Shown: positions 1 to 9,457, counted from the first letter of the stretch. The stretch: 64,000 bases of DNA from Synechococcales cyanobacterium VAR_4_metabat_354 (GCA_031414775.1 JANOQI010000046.1:96001-160000); one strand, 5' to 3'. Numbers and translations: made by a program. The notes: a model not told the origin generated them from the letters alone.

Positions 1-1
1 A

Positions 2-76
2 GATAAAATCAAACCATTAGCAATGCAAATCAAAGGTGTGAATAGTGTCATAGTCAAAGCTGTCGTGACCCCATAA
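2..76 (+). CDS. 3' end of a probable BON-domain protein (partial, runs off the window start)
   Basis: Manual translation DKIKPLAMQIKGVNSVIVKAVVTP*; the 'A..IKGV.SV' pattern is typical of BON-domain C-termini; sits in a stress-gene context. Confidence 0.55.
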   Translation, partial: DKIKPLAMQIKGVNSVIVKAVVTP

Positions 77-116
77 AACTACTTCCTATTACTAGTCAAT
101 AGCTAAGGAGCAAGTC

Positions 117-293
117 ATGAACATAGCAGTGTTGGAACTCAGCTTAGAACAACAGTTTTCTCTAAAGCATTATGAGAATCAGGTTACAAAATTAAGCCCG
201 GCTCAGGCTCAGGATTTTTTAATTGAAGTGCTGCGACAACTGATGGTCAAAGACAATGTGATTCGGTCATTGATGAAATCTGGGATTGGATAA
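117..293 (+). CDS. nblA: Phycobilisome degradation adaptor NblA (58 aa, absent from the ORF track)
   Basis: Manual translation MNIAVLELSLEQQFSLKHYENQVTKLSPAQAQDFLIEVLRQLMVKDNVIRSLMKSGIG*; LSLEQQF and S..QAQ.FL...L.Q.M motifs; AAGGAG RBS at 105-110. Confidence 0.9.
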   Translation: MNIAVLELSLEQQFSLKHYENQVTKLSPAQAQDFLIEVLRQLMVKDNVIRSLMKSGIG

Positions 294-487
294 GTGCTGG
301 CTACCAAGACATTAGGCAGAAAAATCACCAAGTGTTTTCTACCTAATGCCAAGTACGAAAACAGTGTTGAAGAAAATCTCTCTCCATTGACTCCAAATTT
401 AAATACATAGTTCATCCACTTGAGGGAAAAGAATTTACATACTCGACTGATAAGCTACTAAAGTCACCAGATTATGAGGAATTGGTT

Positions 488-757
488 ATGAACATAATTG
501 CCTGGATAGTTTTAGGTTTGTTAGCAGGCGCGATCGCCAAAGCGATTGTTCCTGGTCATCAAGGCGGTAGCTGGCTCTCAACAATGCTCTTAGGTGTCGT
601 GGGCGCTTTCATCGGTGGTACACTACACACTTTCGCACAGACGGGAACCTTGCAATTAGCAGCGCCTGGATTGAGCATCCCTGGTGTGTTTGTCGCAGTA
701 ATAGGCGCAATTATCGCCATTTTCCTTTACAGCATACTGTCTCGGAATAGTGCGTAA
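488..757 (+). CDS. GlsB/YeaQ/YmgE (transglycosylase-associated) stress membrane protein
   Basis: MNIIAWIVLGLLAGAIAKAIVPG...LLGVVGAFIGG...AVIGAII signature; GAGGA RBS before ATG 488. Confidence 0.9.
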   Translation: MNIIAWIVLGLLAGAIAKAIVPGHQGGSWLSTMLLGVVGAFIGGTLHTFAQTGTLQLAAPGLSIPGVFVAVIGAIIAIFLYSILSRNSA

Positions 758-760
758 ATC

Positions 761-774
761 GTAGCTACAGATAC
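761..774. promoter_or_regulatory. Candidate NtcA-type box GTA-N8-TAC
   Basis: GTAGCTACAGATAC in the intergenic gap upstream of ORF 824; no canonically spaced -10 element seen. Confidence 0.3.
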
Positions 775-823
775 ACTTGTTTCTAAATTTCATCGTTGTC
801 TATTAATTCATCAGGATCTTGAT

Positions 824-1234
824 ATGAAATACATTTCGGCATTGCTATCCTATCTACGCCCAGTGCAGCTAATAATGCCCATTTTACTTTCTACCGTACT
901 GTTCTTTGCTAGCGGCTGTACGACAGAAGCTGCGAAGACTGCCCCAGTCAAAGGGATGGTAAAATTAGAAAATACTAATAATCGTCTTCAGTCAGGTGTC
1001 AAAAGCTCTGCCACTAAAGGTACAGTGCAGCTAGATGAAATTGAAAAAAAGGCCGAAGAGGCGATCGATTCCCCGGCAAATTCACTTAAAACTATTGAGG
1101 AGCGCTCTAAAGGAGCACTAAACGAAGTACAAGGTGATGCTGCGGATCATGACAAGATGAACCGCTCTAACGACCGCAAACTGCCGATAGTCAAGCAAAC
1201 TGAAAAAGCACTGAACAAAATTAAGAATGGTTAA
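824..1234 (+). CDS. Hydrophilic stress-associated (lipo)protein, hypothetical
   Basis: Signal peptide with FASGC lipobox-like end; charged body with LNEVQGDA motif; stress-gene cluster context. Confidence 0.6.
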   Translation: MKYISALLSYLRPVQLIMPILLSTVLFFASGCTTEAAKTAPVKGMVKLENTNNRLQSGVKSSATKGTVQLDEIEKKAEEAIDSPANSLKTIEERSKGALNEVQGDAADHDKMNRSNDRKLPIVKQTEKALNKIKNG

Positions 1235-1323
1235 GGTTCAAAGCTGCTCAAGATTGATTGGGTAGACAAAGCTAATAATCTTGAGAAACGTTGCACCACT
1301 GAAACGATTGAGGAAAAAAGCAA

Positions 1324-1641
1324 ATGATGTTAACTCTCGATATTTCCGCACAGCTCCATGTGCAGTACACCCGCCTCAAAGCACAAATTTCCCAACTAGA
1401 TCGAAACCTGGCGACGCGCTACGGCCATCGCTACAATGAAGTTAAGCAAAAAATGGGTGGCAGTAAGGACTGGTATGAAAAGACTAAGTCTGAAGCTCAA
1501 AAGAGCGGCACCATTCCACTAGAGCAAAAGCAAGAAGAAACTAGCCACCAATTTGCCCAAGCTGGCTCAGCAGCAGCTCGTAAAGAGCAAGTTATTAAGC
1601 AGCAATTAAAAGAGCTGTGGCGCACCATCACAAATGGCTGA
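1324..1641 (+). CDS. Helical hypothetical protein, probably the C-terminal part of a longer cyanobacterial protein
   Basis: LKAQ..LD.NL..RYG.RY.EVKQ...WY pattern; coiled-coil composition. Confidence 0.45.
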   Translation: MMLTLDISAQLHVQYTRLKAQISQLDRNLATRYGHRYNEVKQKMGGSKDWYEKTKSEAQKSGTIPLEQKQEETSHQFAQAGSAAARKEQVIKQQLKELWRTITNG

Positions 1642-1708
1642 GTACAAAATCACTGGCATCGCGTGGGTGGTTGATCGGAACCGTTATTTAAACAGTGGAT
1701 TGAAAATC

Positions 1709-1897
1709 ATGAAATTACTACACATAGCTCTCGGCATTTTGGTTCCGCCCGTTGGTGTCTTTTTAACCTTTGGGGTTGGTTCAACACTATTTATCAATAT
1801 TGGACTAACCTTGCTGGGCTGGGTACCAGGTAGTATTCATGCCGTTTGGGCGATCGTCAAGCAAGATCAAGATCTGGATAAGTCAGTTTACAAATAA
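1709..1897 (+). CDS. YqaE/Pmp3 family membrane proteolipid
   Basis: LGILVPPVGVFL.FG...INIGLTLLGWVPGSIHAVW; start moved to ATG 1709. Confidence 0.9.
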   Translation: MKLLHIALGILVPPVGVFLTFGVGSTLFINIGLTLLGWVPGSIHAVWAIVKQDQDLDKSVYK

Positions 1898-1953
1898 AAT
1901 TGACAGTTTTAAACCAATGCTCATTTTTGCCAAGTCGTTTATTGAATTTAAAC

Positions 1954-2346
1954 ATGAATAGCAACATAGTTGGATATCTCATTACTACATTAGCAACAGC
2001 GTTAGGCTTGTTAATAGTTGACCTAGCTGTGCCGGGGGTAGACATTGCTAATTTTCCATCAGCATTACTGGCGGCCATTGCCGTCGGAACAGTTAATTCT
2101 GTAATTCGACCAGTACTTTCTGTACTGTCACTACCGATCAATTTTTTGACTCTAGGATTATTTTCACTGGTGATCAACGGCTTATGCTTTTGGCTCGCAT
2201 CTCTCTTTGTGCCTGGCTTTGTAGTAAGTGGCTTGTTCGCATTTATTTTGGGTCCGGTCATCTTATCATTCGCCAGTACTTTCCTGAATAATTACTTCGC
2301 TGAAAAGAAGATTGGTCAGTCCTCTCCCATCACTAGCAATAGCTAA
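1954..2346 (+). CDS. YvlD/DUF360 'phage holin-like' 4-TM membrane protein
   Basis: VN.VIRPVL.VLSLPINFLTLGLFSLVING signature. Confidence 0.88.
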   Translation: MNSNIVGYLITTLATALGLLIVDLAVPGVDIANFPSALLAAIAVGTVNSVIRPVLSVLSLPINFLTLGLFSLVINGLCFWLASLFVPGFVVSGLFAFILGPVILSFASTFLNNYFAEKKIGQSSPITSNS

Positions 2347-2433
2347 AGTTCTCAAAGTCTGCTCCAGAAGTTTGATAGCAACCAAAAAATCAATCTTCAG
2401 ATATAACTTCTAGCTTAAATCATCATCTTATGT

Positions 2434-2470
2434 CCCCCTAAAAATCGCCTCCAAGCTGATTTTTAGGGGG
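2434..2470. terminator. Stem-loop ending the stress cluster
   Basis: CCCCCTAAAAATC-11 nt-GATTTTTAGGGGG inverted repeat. Confidence 0.65.
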
Positions 2471-2644
2471 CAAACAATTGCAAAAATACCATTAAATTGA
2501 CTCGCCCTCAAAGTCAATCAGACCAAATCGAGAAAAGAATCCCCTTAATAATCAAAAAGCGGTAATCTAGCCAGTAAGGATGATACTAAAACAAAATCCA
2601 ACAATATCAAGCGTAGAATAAGACATTGAGGAAATTTATAAGCG

Positions 2645-3310
2645 ATGAAATCTAAAACCGCACCAACCATTGTTAAAGAAGAATATGACGATAACTTGAT
2701 TGATCGCCTATTTATTTGGCTATTTTCTCGCAAGATATCTAAAGCACTGGGCGCGGGAACCAATGTCAGCGGCTATGGCGGCTTCGTTGATTTATCGAAG
2801 CAAGTGATGCAGGGACGAAATGCCCAAGAGCAGCAAGTAATGATCGCCCAAGTGCTGCAATCGTTAGTACCAGCTCCAGTCTTGTGGGCAATCCGTACTT
2901 TTTCTTCCCCCACGCGCTTAGTATGCGTTCTGAATGCCTGGTTTGCTACTCGAATGTTTGTATGGTTGGTGGGGCCTTGCGAGGTAGCTGAAGCAAAGGT
3001 GGATTTGGCAGATGGGACGGTGCGGTCGCAACCATCGGCTGTCCAGATTGAAAAATGTCGTTACCTAGCAGATAGTGGCTGTGTCGGGATGTGTGTCAAT
3101 CTGTGCAAAGTACCGACCCAGAAATTTTTCACCGAAAAGTTTGGCATCCCCTTAACTATGACCCCAGACTTTGAGGATCTCAGTTGCAAAATGACTTTTG
3201 GACAAATAGCCTCTACACCAGAAACAGATGCTGCCTACAGTCAACCGTGCTTAGAACAACAATGTCCAACAGCGAGATTGACAGTAACTTTTTGTCCAAA
3301 ACTAAATTGA
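2645..3310 (+). CDS. DUF4033 / D27-like beta-carotene isomerase family protein
   Basis: WLVGPC, IEKCRYL..SGCVGMCVNLCKVPTQ.FF...G.PLTM.P.FED.SC...FG. Confidence 0.88.
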   Translation: MKSKTAPTIVKEEYDDNLIDRLFIWLFSRKISKALGAGTNVSGYGGFVDLSKQVMQGRNAQEQQVMIAQVLQSLVPAPVLWAIRTFSSPTRLVCVLNAWFATRMFVWLVGPCEVAEAKVDLADGTVRSQPSAVQIEKCRYLADSGCVGMCVNLCKVPTQKFFTEKFGIPLTMTPDFEDLSCKMTFGQIASTPETDAAYSQPCLEQQCPTARLTVTFCPKLN

Positions 3311-3447
3311 CGATATACTAGCATCAATAATGAACCAATCCAACCGAAATTTTCGGGAGCCACAAAGCAAGCTAGCGAATCGTTCCAGCCTTAACAAAAG
3401 CCAGCCTTACCAGCTTAAAGAATTATTAACCGTCGATCACAATTGAT

Positions 3448-3681
3448 TTAAAAATGGGAAGAGACTTCATCAGGGTAGTTGATTAAGTTATGTATTACTT
3501 CTACATCTTGTTCTGTTTTTTTAAGTGCGATCGACTGACAGGCTCCATAAATTGCCAATAGATAGCTCACTATCGATAACATCATCCATGAAAACATCTG
3601 CATTATCGACCACAGCACCGCACCAACTAGCAGAATCAACGAAATTAGGTTAGACGAATTTGTGTGAGTATTGGTTGTCAT
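3448..3681 (-). CDS. Small membrane hypothetical protein
   Basis: 77-aa ORF with two hydrophobic segments, alone in an intergenic gap. Confidence 0.45.
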   Translation of the reverse strand: MTTNTHTNSSNLISLILLVGAVLWSIMQMFSWMMLSIVSYLLAIYGACQSIALKKTEQDVEVIHNLINYPDEVSSHF

Positions 3682-3786
3682 AACTTTTAAAGTGAAATAG
3701 AAATTTCATTTCTTAGTGTTCCCAGTGAGACTCCAAAAATTACTCCAGCAAGAAATTTCTAGTGAATACCTCAATTTGTAGTATTA

Positions 3787-3801
3787 TGAGAATCATTATC
3801 A
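3787..3801. promoter_or_regulatory. Zur (FurB)-type 7-1-7 operator
   Basis: TGAGAATCATTATCA, one mismatch to TGATAATNATTATCA, about 60 bp upstream of a metal-binding protein gene. Confidence 0.75.
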
Positions 3802-3859
3802 TTTTATTGGCTTTTTGTAATCGTTGCCAGCAATTATAAATTCCCCCTGCGACATATTT

Positions 3860-4867
3860 ATGTTTCAACTTTCATCAGCTCACCGACGTACTATACAATC
3901 CTTACTAATAGCCGGGGTTTTATCAGGCTGTACTCCAGCCTCACCGCCAACTGATACGGCAAGTAGTTCTTCAGCGACTAGCCCTGTGTCCATCAATGAT
4001 CCAGCTAATAATAAAAAGCCCTTAGTAGTAGCTACCACCAGCGTCATTTGTGACTTAGCTAAAGAAATTGCCCAAGATACGATCGATCTAAAATGCTTGG
4101 TGGGAGCTGGCGCTGATCCTCATGTTTATCAACCAACCCCCGCCGATCGGCAAGCGATCGATAATGCTAAATTGATTCTCTACGCTGGCTATAACTTTGA
4201 ACCTAGTATCATTAAACTGGTGACAGCCAGTAAGAACCCAGCACCAAAAGTAGCAATCAATGAAGTTGCAGTTCCAGCTCCGCTCACGATGGAAGAAGAT
4301 GGCAAAAAAGAAACCGACCCCCACGTTTGGCACAATGCCCAAAATGGAGTCAAAATCATTACCGCCATTCAATCCAGTTTAGCTAAAGCTGTTCCAGCCC
4401 ATGCAGATAGTTATAACCAAAATGCTCAAGCGCTGACCACCCAGATTGGACAAGTGGATACCTGGATTAAAACTCAGATTGCCACTATTCCTAGTAAATC
4501 ACGGAAGCTAGTCACCACTCATGATGCCTTGGGATACTACGCGGATGCTTACAAAATCCCCGTCGAAGGAGCATTGCAGGGTCTTAGCACCGAGGAAAAA
4601 CCGACACCGGTCGGAATTAAGAAGTTAGTAGATGAAATCAAGAAAACTGGCGTACCCACAGTTTTTGGTGAGGTCACAGCCAGCTCGAAAGTGTTAGAGC
4701 AAGTAGCCAAAGAAGCTAAGGTTCAGATTTCTGTCCAACCACTGTTTGCTGATGGCTTGGGAGAAGCCGGGAGTACAGGTGAAACATATCAAAAAATGCT
4801 GGTGGCCAATACGAAAGCAGTTGTAGAAGGCTTGGGCGGCAAATTTCAACCATTTGTGGCTAAATAA
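3860..4867 (+). CDS. Zn/Mn ABC transporter substrate-binding lipoprotein (cluster A-I)
   Basis: LSGC lipobox; DPHVY, DPHVW, HDALGYY and D-GLG metal-site motifs. Confidence 0.9.
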   Translation: MFQLSSAHRRTIQSLLIAGVLSGCTPASPPTDTASSSSATSPVSINDPANNKKPLVVATTSVICDLAKEIAQDTIDLKCLVGAGADPHVYQPTPADRQAIDNAKLILYAGYNFEPSIIKLVTASKNPAPKVAINEVAVPAPLTMEEDGKKETDPHVWHNAQNGVKIITAIQSSLAKAVPAHADSYNQNAQALTTQIGQVDTWIKTQIATIPSKSRKLVTTHDALGYYADAYKIPVEGALQGLSTEEKPTPVGIKKLVDEIKKTGVPTVFGEVTASSKVLEQVAKEAKVQISVQPLFADGLGEAGSTGETYQKMLVANTKAVVEGLGGKFQPFVAK

Positions 4868-4984
4868 TATTGGGAAAAGCTGAACGTTAGCGGATAGTCG
4901 ATCGCCATAAATCTGCTGGTAAGATAGAGCTGAAGACTTGCGTGCTTGCTATCCACCTCTAGCTGTTTTGCCGACATTTGCCTC

Positions 4985-6610
4985 ATGTCTAGTTCTCCTG
5001 TCCCGCGCTATCTCTGGGCTGCTGACCCCCAAGCAGCTTGGATTCCTCCCCACAAACTAGTAGAAGGACGCTACCAGGTCTTGGCACCGCAACTGTGGCT
5101 AGACACCAAAAGTAATGAGCGACCCGAAGCCCTCTGGCCACTGCCCGATCAAGCCTTACCCTATAACCACCTCAGTCGCTACCGTCTCCATTTGCCCCAG
5201 CTGTACGGTTTTTGTTTGCTGGGGAGGTCTGGCAAAAAAGCGGTAGAGATTCCGCTCCTAGATAATGTGCCGATCGAACCAAATGGCGAACTGATGCCAG
5301 CGCTCACTACCGCTTGGCCAAAAGCTTCAGCGCGGCAACAAGCCTACTGGCTATGGCAACTAATCAACCTCTGGCAGCCCTTAGTCGATATTGGCGTAGG
5401 CTATAGCCTACTACAACCCCACAACATTCGGGTGCAAGACTGGCGCATTCGTCTCTGTCAGCTGTCATCAGATCATCTCAATCCCAATGGTCGCAGTACC
5501 GTCAAAGGACTGGGTAGCACCTGGCACACCCTACTAGCTACTGCTCAACCAGCCTTAGCAGAGGTGATTTACCCCCTGTTTAATAACATGCAGGTGGGAA
5601 AAGTTTCTGCGTCAGATTTGGCGTTAGTAGTGAATCAATGTTTATTAGAACAGGCAGCCATGCTGCCCATCACCGTTCAAATTGCCGGTGGCACTGATAC
5701 TGGTAGCGATCGCCACAATGAAGACAGCTTCTATCCCAGCCGGTCTGACCCAGGTAATAATAACCTCTCTGATCATTTAGGAATAGTTTGTGATGGGGTG
5801 GCTGGTCATGAAGGTGGTGAAGTAGCCAGTCAAAGTGCTGTTCGATCGCTACAACTGCAAATGCCCGCCCTGCTTCATGATGTCGCTCAAGAAAGTGAGA
5901 TCATTACACCAAATCAAGTTATTGACCATCTCAAATCGATGGTGCGGGTGGTTAATAACCTGATTGCGCATCAGAACGATGAACAAAATCGGGAGGGCCG
6001 TCGCCGGATGGCCACCACCATGGTCATGGCCTTACAGCTTCCCCAACAAATTCCCACTAACCGGGGCATGGGAAACTCTCATGAAATTTATATTGCTCAT
6101 GTGGGTAATAGCCGTGCTTATTGGCTGACTAAGCAATCTTGCCAGCAATTAACGGTGGATGACGATGTGGCGCAACGGGAAATTAGGCAGGGGAAGAGTA
6201 TGCCTTGGCAGGTACAAGGGCGGATGGATGCTAGTTCGCTGACTCAAGCCTTAGGAATTCGCGCTGGGGAAGATTTAACTCCCATGGTGCAACGATTGAT
6301 CGTCATAGAAGATGGAATTTTACTACTATGCTCCGATGGTTTAAGCGATCGACAGCTCATTGAAAAATCTTGGCAAAATTATGTGCCCCAGATTCTCGAC
6401 GGCCAATTACCCTTGGCAGAGGCCGTCCAAAACTGGATTCAGCAGGCCAGGCAAGAAAATGGCCATGACAATATTTCTTTAGTGTTAATGTTTTGCCAAA
6501 TCACTAACCCCGATGAAGTGTTTCAACCAGAAATCTCGGTAACAGTGCCGCTCCCTTCCTCTGGGTATCGGTTTTTTAACTTACTCAAACGTTTTATCGG
6601 AATAGAATAA
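4985..6610 (+). CDS. PP2C/PPM-family phosphatase with degenerate kinase-like N-terminal region
   Basis: RHNEDS, CDGVAGHEGG, LCSDGL, GHDNIS motifs; N-terminus has RYQV, HLPQLYG and L....IRV kinase-like remnants. Confidence 0.85.
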   Translation: MSSSPVPRYLWAADPQAAWIPPHKLVEGRYQVLAPQLWLDTKSNERPEALWPLPDQALPYNHLSRYRLHLPQLYGFCLLGRSGKKAVEIPLLDNVPIEPNGELMPALTTAWPKASARQQAYWLWQLINLWQPLVDIGVGYSLLQPHNIRVQDWRIRLCQLSSDHLNPNGRSTVKGLGSTWHTLLATAQPALAEVIYPLFNNMQVGKVSASDLALVVNQCLLEQAAMLPITVQIAGGTDTGSDRHNEDSFYPSRSDPGNNNLSDHLGIVCDGVAGHEGGEVASQSAVRSLQLQMPALLHDVAQESEIITPNQVIDHLKSMVRVVNNLIAHQNDEQNREGRRRMATTMVMALQLPQQIPTNRGMGNSHEIYIAHVGNSRAYWLTKQSCQQLTVDDDVAQREIRQGKSMPWQVQGRMDASSLTQALGIRAGEDLTPMVQRLIVIEDGILLLCSDGLSDRQLIEKSWQNYVPQILDGQLPLAEAVQNWIQQARQENGHDNISLVLMFCQITNPDEVFQPEISVTVPLPSSGYRFFNLLKRFIGIE

Positions 6611-6622
6611 TGGAGAAAAACA

Positions 6623-7480
6623 ATGATATCTAGGCTTGTTCTACTACTCATCCTCATCGGCCTCATGGCTTGTGGAAACAGCGTTCAGCAAGCTTTTGCT
6701 CCTGATCCACTTCTCCTACCCAAAACAACAACGGCTACAGTGCCAGAGCCGACAGTTAGTCCCAGTGCAGAAACTTTGCCAGCAAGCACATCTAGCCCTG
6801 AACCTAGTACCAATTCTTCAGTGGTAACGCCTAGTCCATCTAGTAATGATTACTTGGCGGAGTTAAGCGAGCTGGGAGTATTGTCACCCACCGAAGCCAA
6901 ACAGCCACCTAGTACGATCGTTAATAGGCGACAATACGCTCACTGGCTGGTAGCCGCCCATAATAAAATTTATCAAGCCAACCCTAGCCAACAGCTCAAA
7001 CTGGCGACTGCTGATACTCAGTCATCCTTTACTGACGTACCAGCTAATCATCCTGATTTTATTGCTATTCAGAGCCTAGCCAATGCTGGAATTATTCCAA
7101 GCACGCTTAGTGGCAGCAACCGCTCCGTTGCATTTCAGCCAGATTTGCCCTTGACCCGCGAAGAACTGATTTTGTGGAAAGTACCTTTAGATAATCGTCA
7201 AGCTTTACCGAATGCCTCCGTGACAGATGTGCAGAAAAATTGGGGCTTTCAAGATACAGCTAAAATCTCACCAGCCATGCTGTCATCGCTGTTGGCTGAT
7301 CATCAAAATGGTGATAAATCCAATATCCGCCGCGCTTTTGGCTACACAACCTTATTTCAACCACAAAAACCTGTTACTCTAGCAGAATCTGTTTCAACGA
7401 TTTGGTATTTTGGGACTAATGATGGTAGATCAGCCCATGATGCAATTATCAATACATCCACTCCCTCCCCATCCTCTTAA
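6623..7480 (+). CDS. S-layer homology (SLH) domain lipoprotein
   Basis: LMAC lipobox; FTDVPANHPDF.AIQ.LA.AGII, FQPD.PLTRE, FQPQKPVT.AE. Confidence 0.85.
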   Translation: MISRLVLLLILIGLMACGNSVQQAFAPDPLLLPKTTTATVPEPTVSPSAETLPASTSSPEPSTNSSVVTPSPSSNDYLAELSELGVLSPTEAKQPPSTIVNRRQYAHWLVAAHNKIYQANPSQQLKLATADTQSSFTDVPANHPDFIAIQSLANAGIIPSTLSGSNRSVAFQPDLPLTREELILWKVPLDNRQALPNASVTDVQKNWGFQDTAKISPAMLSSLLADHQNGDKSNIRRAFGYTTLFQPQKPVTLAESVSTIWYFGTNDGRSAHDAIINTSTPSPSS

Positions 7481-7503
7481 ATTCTGTTGCTGTTGATCAT
7501 CTA

Positions 7504-8406
7504 ATGCGCCAATCTACTCTCCATCAGCTTAAAGTCTTTGAAACTGTTGCTCGCTTAAGTAGTATTACTAGAGCAGCTGAGGAACTATCTCTAACTCAGC
7601 CAACTGTCTCGATGCAAGTCAAGCAATTGTCTAAAAATGTTGGTGCAACTTTATTTGAACAGATTGGAAAAAAACTTTACCTAACGGAAGCGGGTCAAGA
7701 ATTATTTAAGACCTGTCGCCATATTTTTGAACAATTGGCACAATTTGAGATGAAAGTGGCCGATCTACAGGGAATGAAAAGTGGACGGCTGAAGTTGGCA
7801 ACCATTACTACTACTAAATATTTTATTCCGCGTGTTCTGGAGCCTTTTTGTAAGATGTATCCGGGGATAGATGTCGCGCTCCAGATTACTAATCACGAAC
7901 GGATTATGAGCCGCCTTAGTCAAAATCAAGACGACCTATACATTGTCAGTCAAGTACCAAATTCAGCTGATTTTTCAGCCTTTCCTTTTCTGGAGAATCC
8001 TTTAGTGGTAGTGGCTCCAGCTAATCATCCCCTAGCTGGAGAATCCAACATTCCCATCTCAGCTCTGCAAGATTTGCCTTTTATTATGCGCGAAAGTGGT
8101 TCTGGTACCAGAACTGCTGTGGAAAATCTGCTGGAGGAACATCATGTTTCAGTTAGAGTTAAGCTAGAGCTGGGTAGTAATGAGGCTATTAAGCAAGCGA
8201 TCGCCTGTGGTTTTGGGATCTCGGTTTTGTCTCAACATACTTTTACGCCCGAATCTAAACTACTGGGTCTTACTATTCTGGATGTCCAACACTTTCCAAT
8301 TAAACGAGACTGGTATGTAATCTATCCAACCGGCAAGCAGCTTTCGATTGTCGCCAATACTTTTTGGGAGTTTCTACAAACAGAAAGCCAAAAATTTGTA
8401 CTTTAA
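7504..8406 (+). CDS. LysR-type regulator, CbbR group (CmpR/NdhR-like)
   Basis: TLHQLKVF..VAR..S.TRAAEEL.LTQPTVSMQ HTH; RE.GSGTR; ELGSNEAIKQA. Confidence 0.9.
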   Translation: MRQSTLHQLKVFETVARLSSITRAAEELSLTQPTVSMQVKQLSKNVGATLFEQIGKKLYLTEAGQELFKTCRHIFEQLAQFEMKVADLQGMKSGRLKLATITTTKYFIPRVLEPFCKMYPGIDVALQITNHERIMSRLSQNQDDLYIVSQVPNSADFSAFPFLENPLVVVAPANHPLAGESNIPISALQDLPFIMRESGSGTRTAVENLLEEHHVSVRVKLELGSNEAIKQAIACGFGISVLSQHTFTPESKLLGLTILDVQHFPIKRDWYVIYPTGKQLSIVANTFWEFLQTESQKFVL

Positions 8407-9293
8407 CCGTGTGGCTGAACATCAGGCAGGGTATTACCTTGGCTTTTTTTAACATATTCCAAAATGCCTTGGGCGATTGCTTGCGCCATATTTGTTTGGT
8501 ATTGAGATTTACTCAATTGCACTGACTCTTCCGGACTGGATAAGTAGCCAGTTTCTACCAAAATCGCTGGAATATTGGACTTACGCAACACCAAAAACCG
8601 GGCACTACGGACTCGGCGATCATTTAAAGGTATTTTCAAATCAACATTAAAAACATTAATGATTTTGTGGTGAACAGTATTTGCCAAATCTTCCCCGATA
8701 TTATAATGATAAGTCTCCAGTCCATGTACATCGGGGCGGTTGTCGATCGAGTTGGCATGAATACTAACAAAAATGTCGGCTTTGGCCTGAGCCGACATCT
8801 GCACTCGTTCATCTAAGCCCACAAAGTAATCCCGATCGCGGGTCAGCTGGGCTACAATCCCATGCTTCTTTAAAATTTCGGATACTTGCAAGGCAATCGG
8901 TAAAATCACATCGACTTCTCGCAAATCATTTACTCCGATCGCGCCAGAATCTTTGCCACCATGACCAGGATCGATCATCACTACAATCGATCGAGCCGCC
9001 TGTCCATCTTTTTTATTGTTGTCAGATTTACGGGGTTCCGGGACGGTTTTATTTTGGTCGGGAATAGATTCCTTGATGGTAGTTTGACCAGCCAATGGTT
9101 TTGCCGTCGGTTGTCGATCAACACTATTAGTAGTTACAGTTGGCGATAACTCAGCCAAAACTGTAAACGGCTGCTGGGAGGGATCGGCAACTGCTGATTG
9201 CATACCAGTTAGCACTAAGCCAAAGCTGACTAGCCACGAATATGGCTTAGGAAGTGATGGGCGCATTTGTTCGGGATGATAAGATGCTTGCAT
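8403..9293 (-). CDS. N-acetylmuramoyl-L-alanine amidase (Amidase_3)
   Basis: IDPGHGGKDSGA, FVSIHANS, PAILVETGY. Confidence 0.92.
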   Translation of the reverse strand: MQASYHPEQMRPSLPKPYSWLVSFGLVLTGMQSAVADPSQQPFTVLAELSPTVTTNSVDRQPTAKPLAGQTTIKESIPDQNKTVPEPRKSDNNKKDGQAARSIVVMIDPGHGGKDSGAIGVNDLREVDVILPIALQVSEILKKHGIVAQLTRDRDYFVGLDERVQMSAQAKADIFVSIHANSIDNRPDVHGLETYHYNIGEDLANTVHHKIINVFNVDLKIPLNDRRVRSARFLVLRKSNIPAILVETGYLSSPEESVQLSKSQYQTNMAQAIAQGILEYVKKSQGNTLPDVQPHG

Positions 9294-9457
9294 TTAAGTT
9301 ACCCAAACAATTTACTGACATTACTATTTGAGAATCCGCTGACCCATCTGACAAACCTAACAGTAAGGCTAAATTATTCTCAGATCAAGAAAAGCTCTGT
9401 ATGAACGAAACACCGGTAATACAATAAATTCAACTGATGCTCTGCTAAGGTGGAGAG

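Noticed and set aside
209..415. Minus-strand 68-aa ORF in the track
   Set aside because: Overlaps the well-supported nblA on the opposite strand and shows no recognisable motif
1954..2346. Prophage implied by the 'phage holin family' label and the two amidases
   Set aside because: YvlD-type proteins are common chromosomal stress proteins; no integrase or structural phage genes are present; the amidases are housekeeping types
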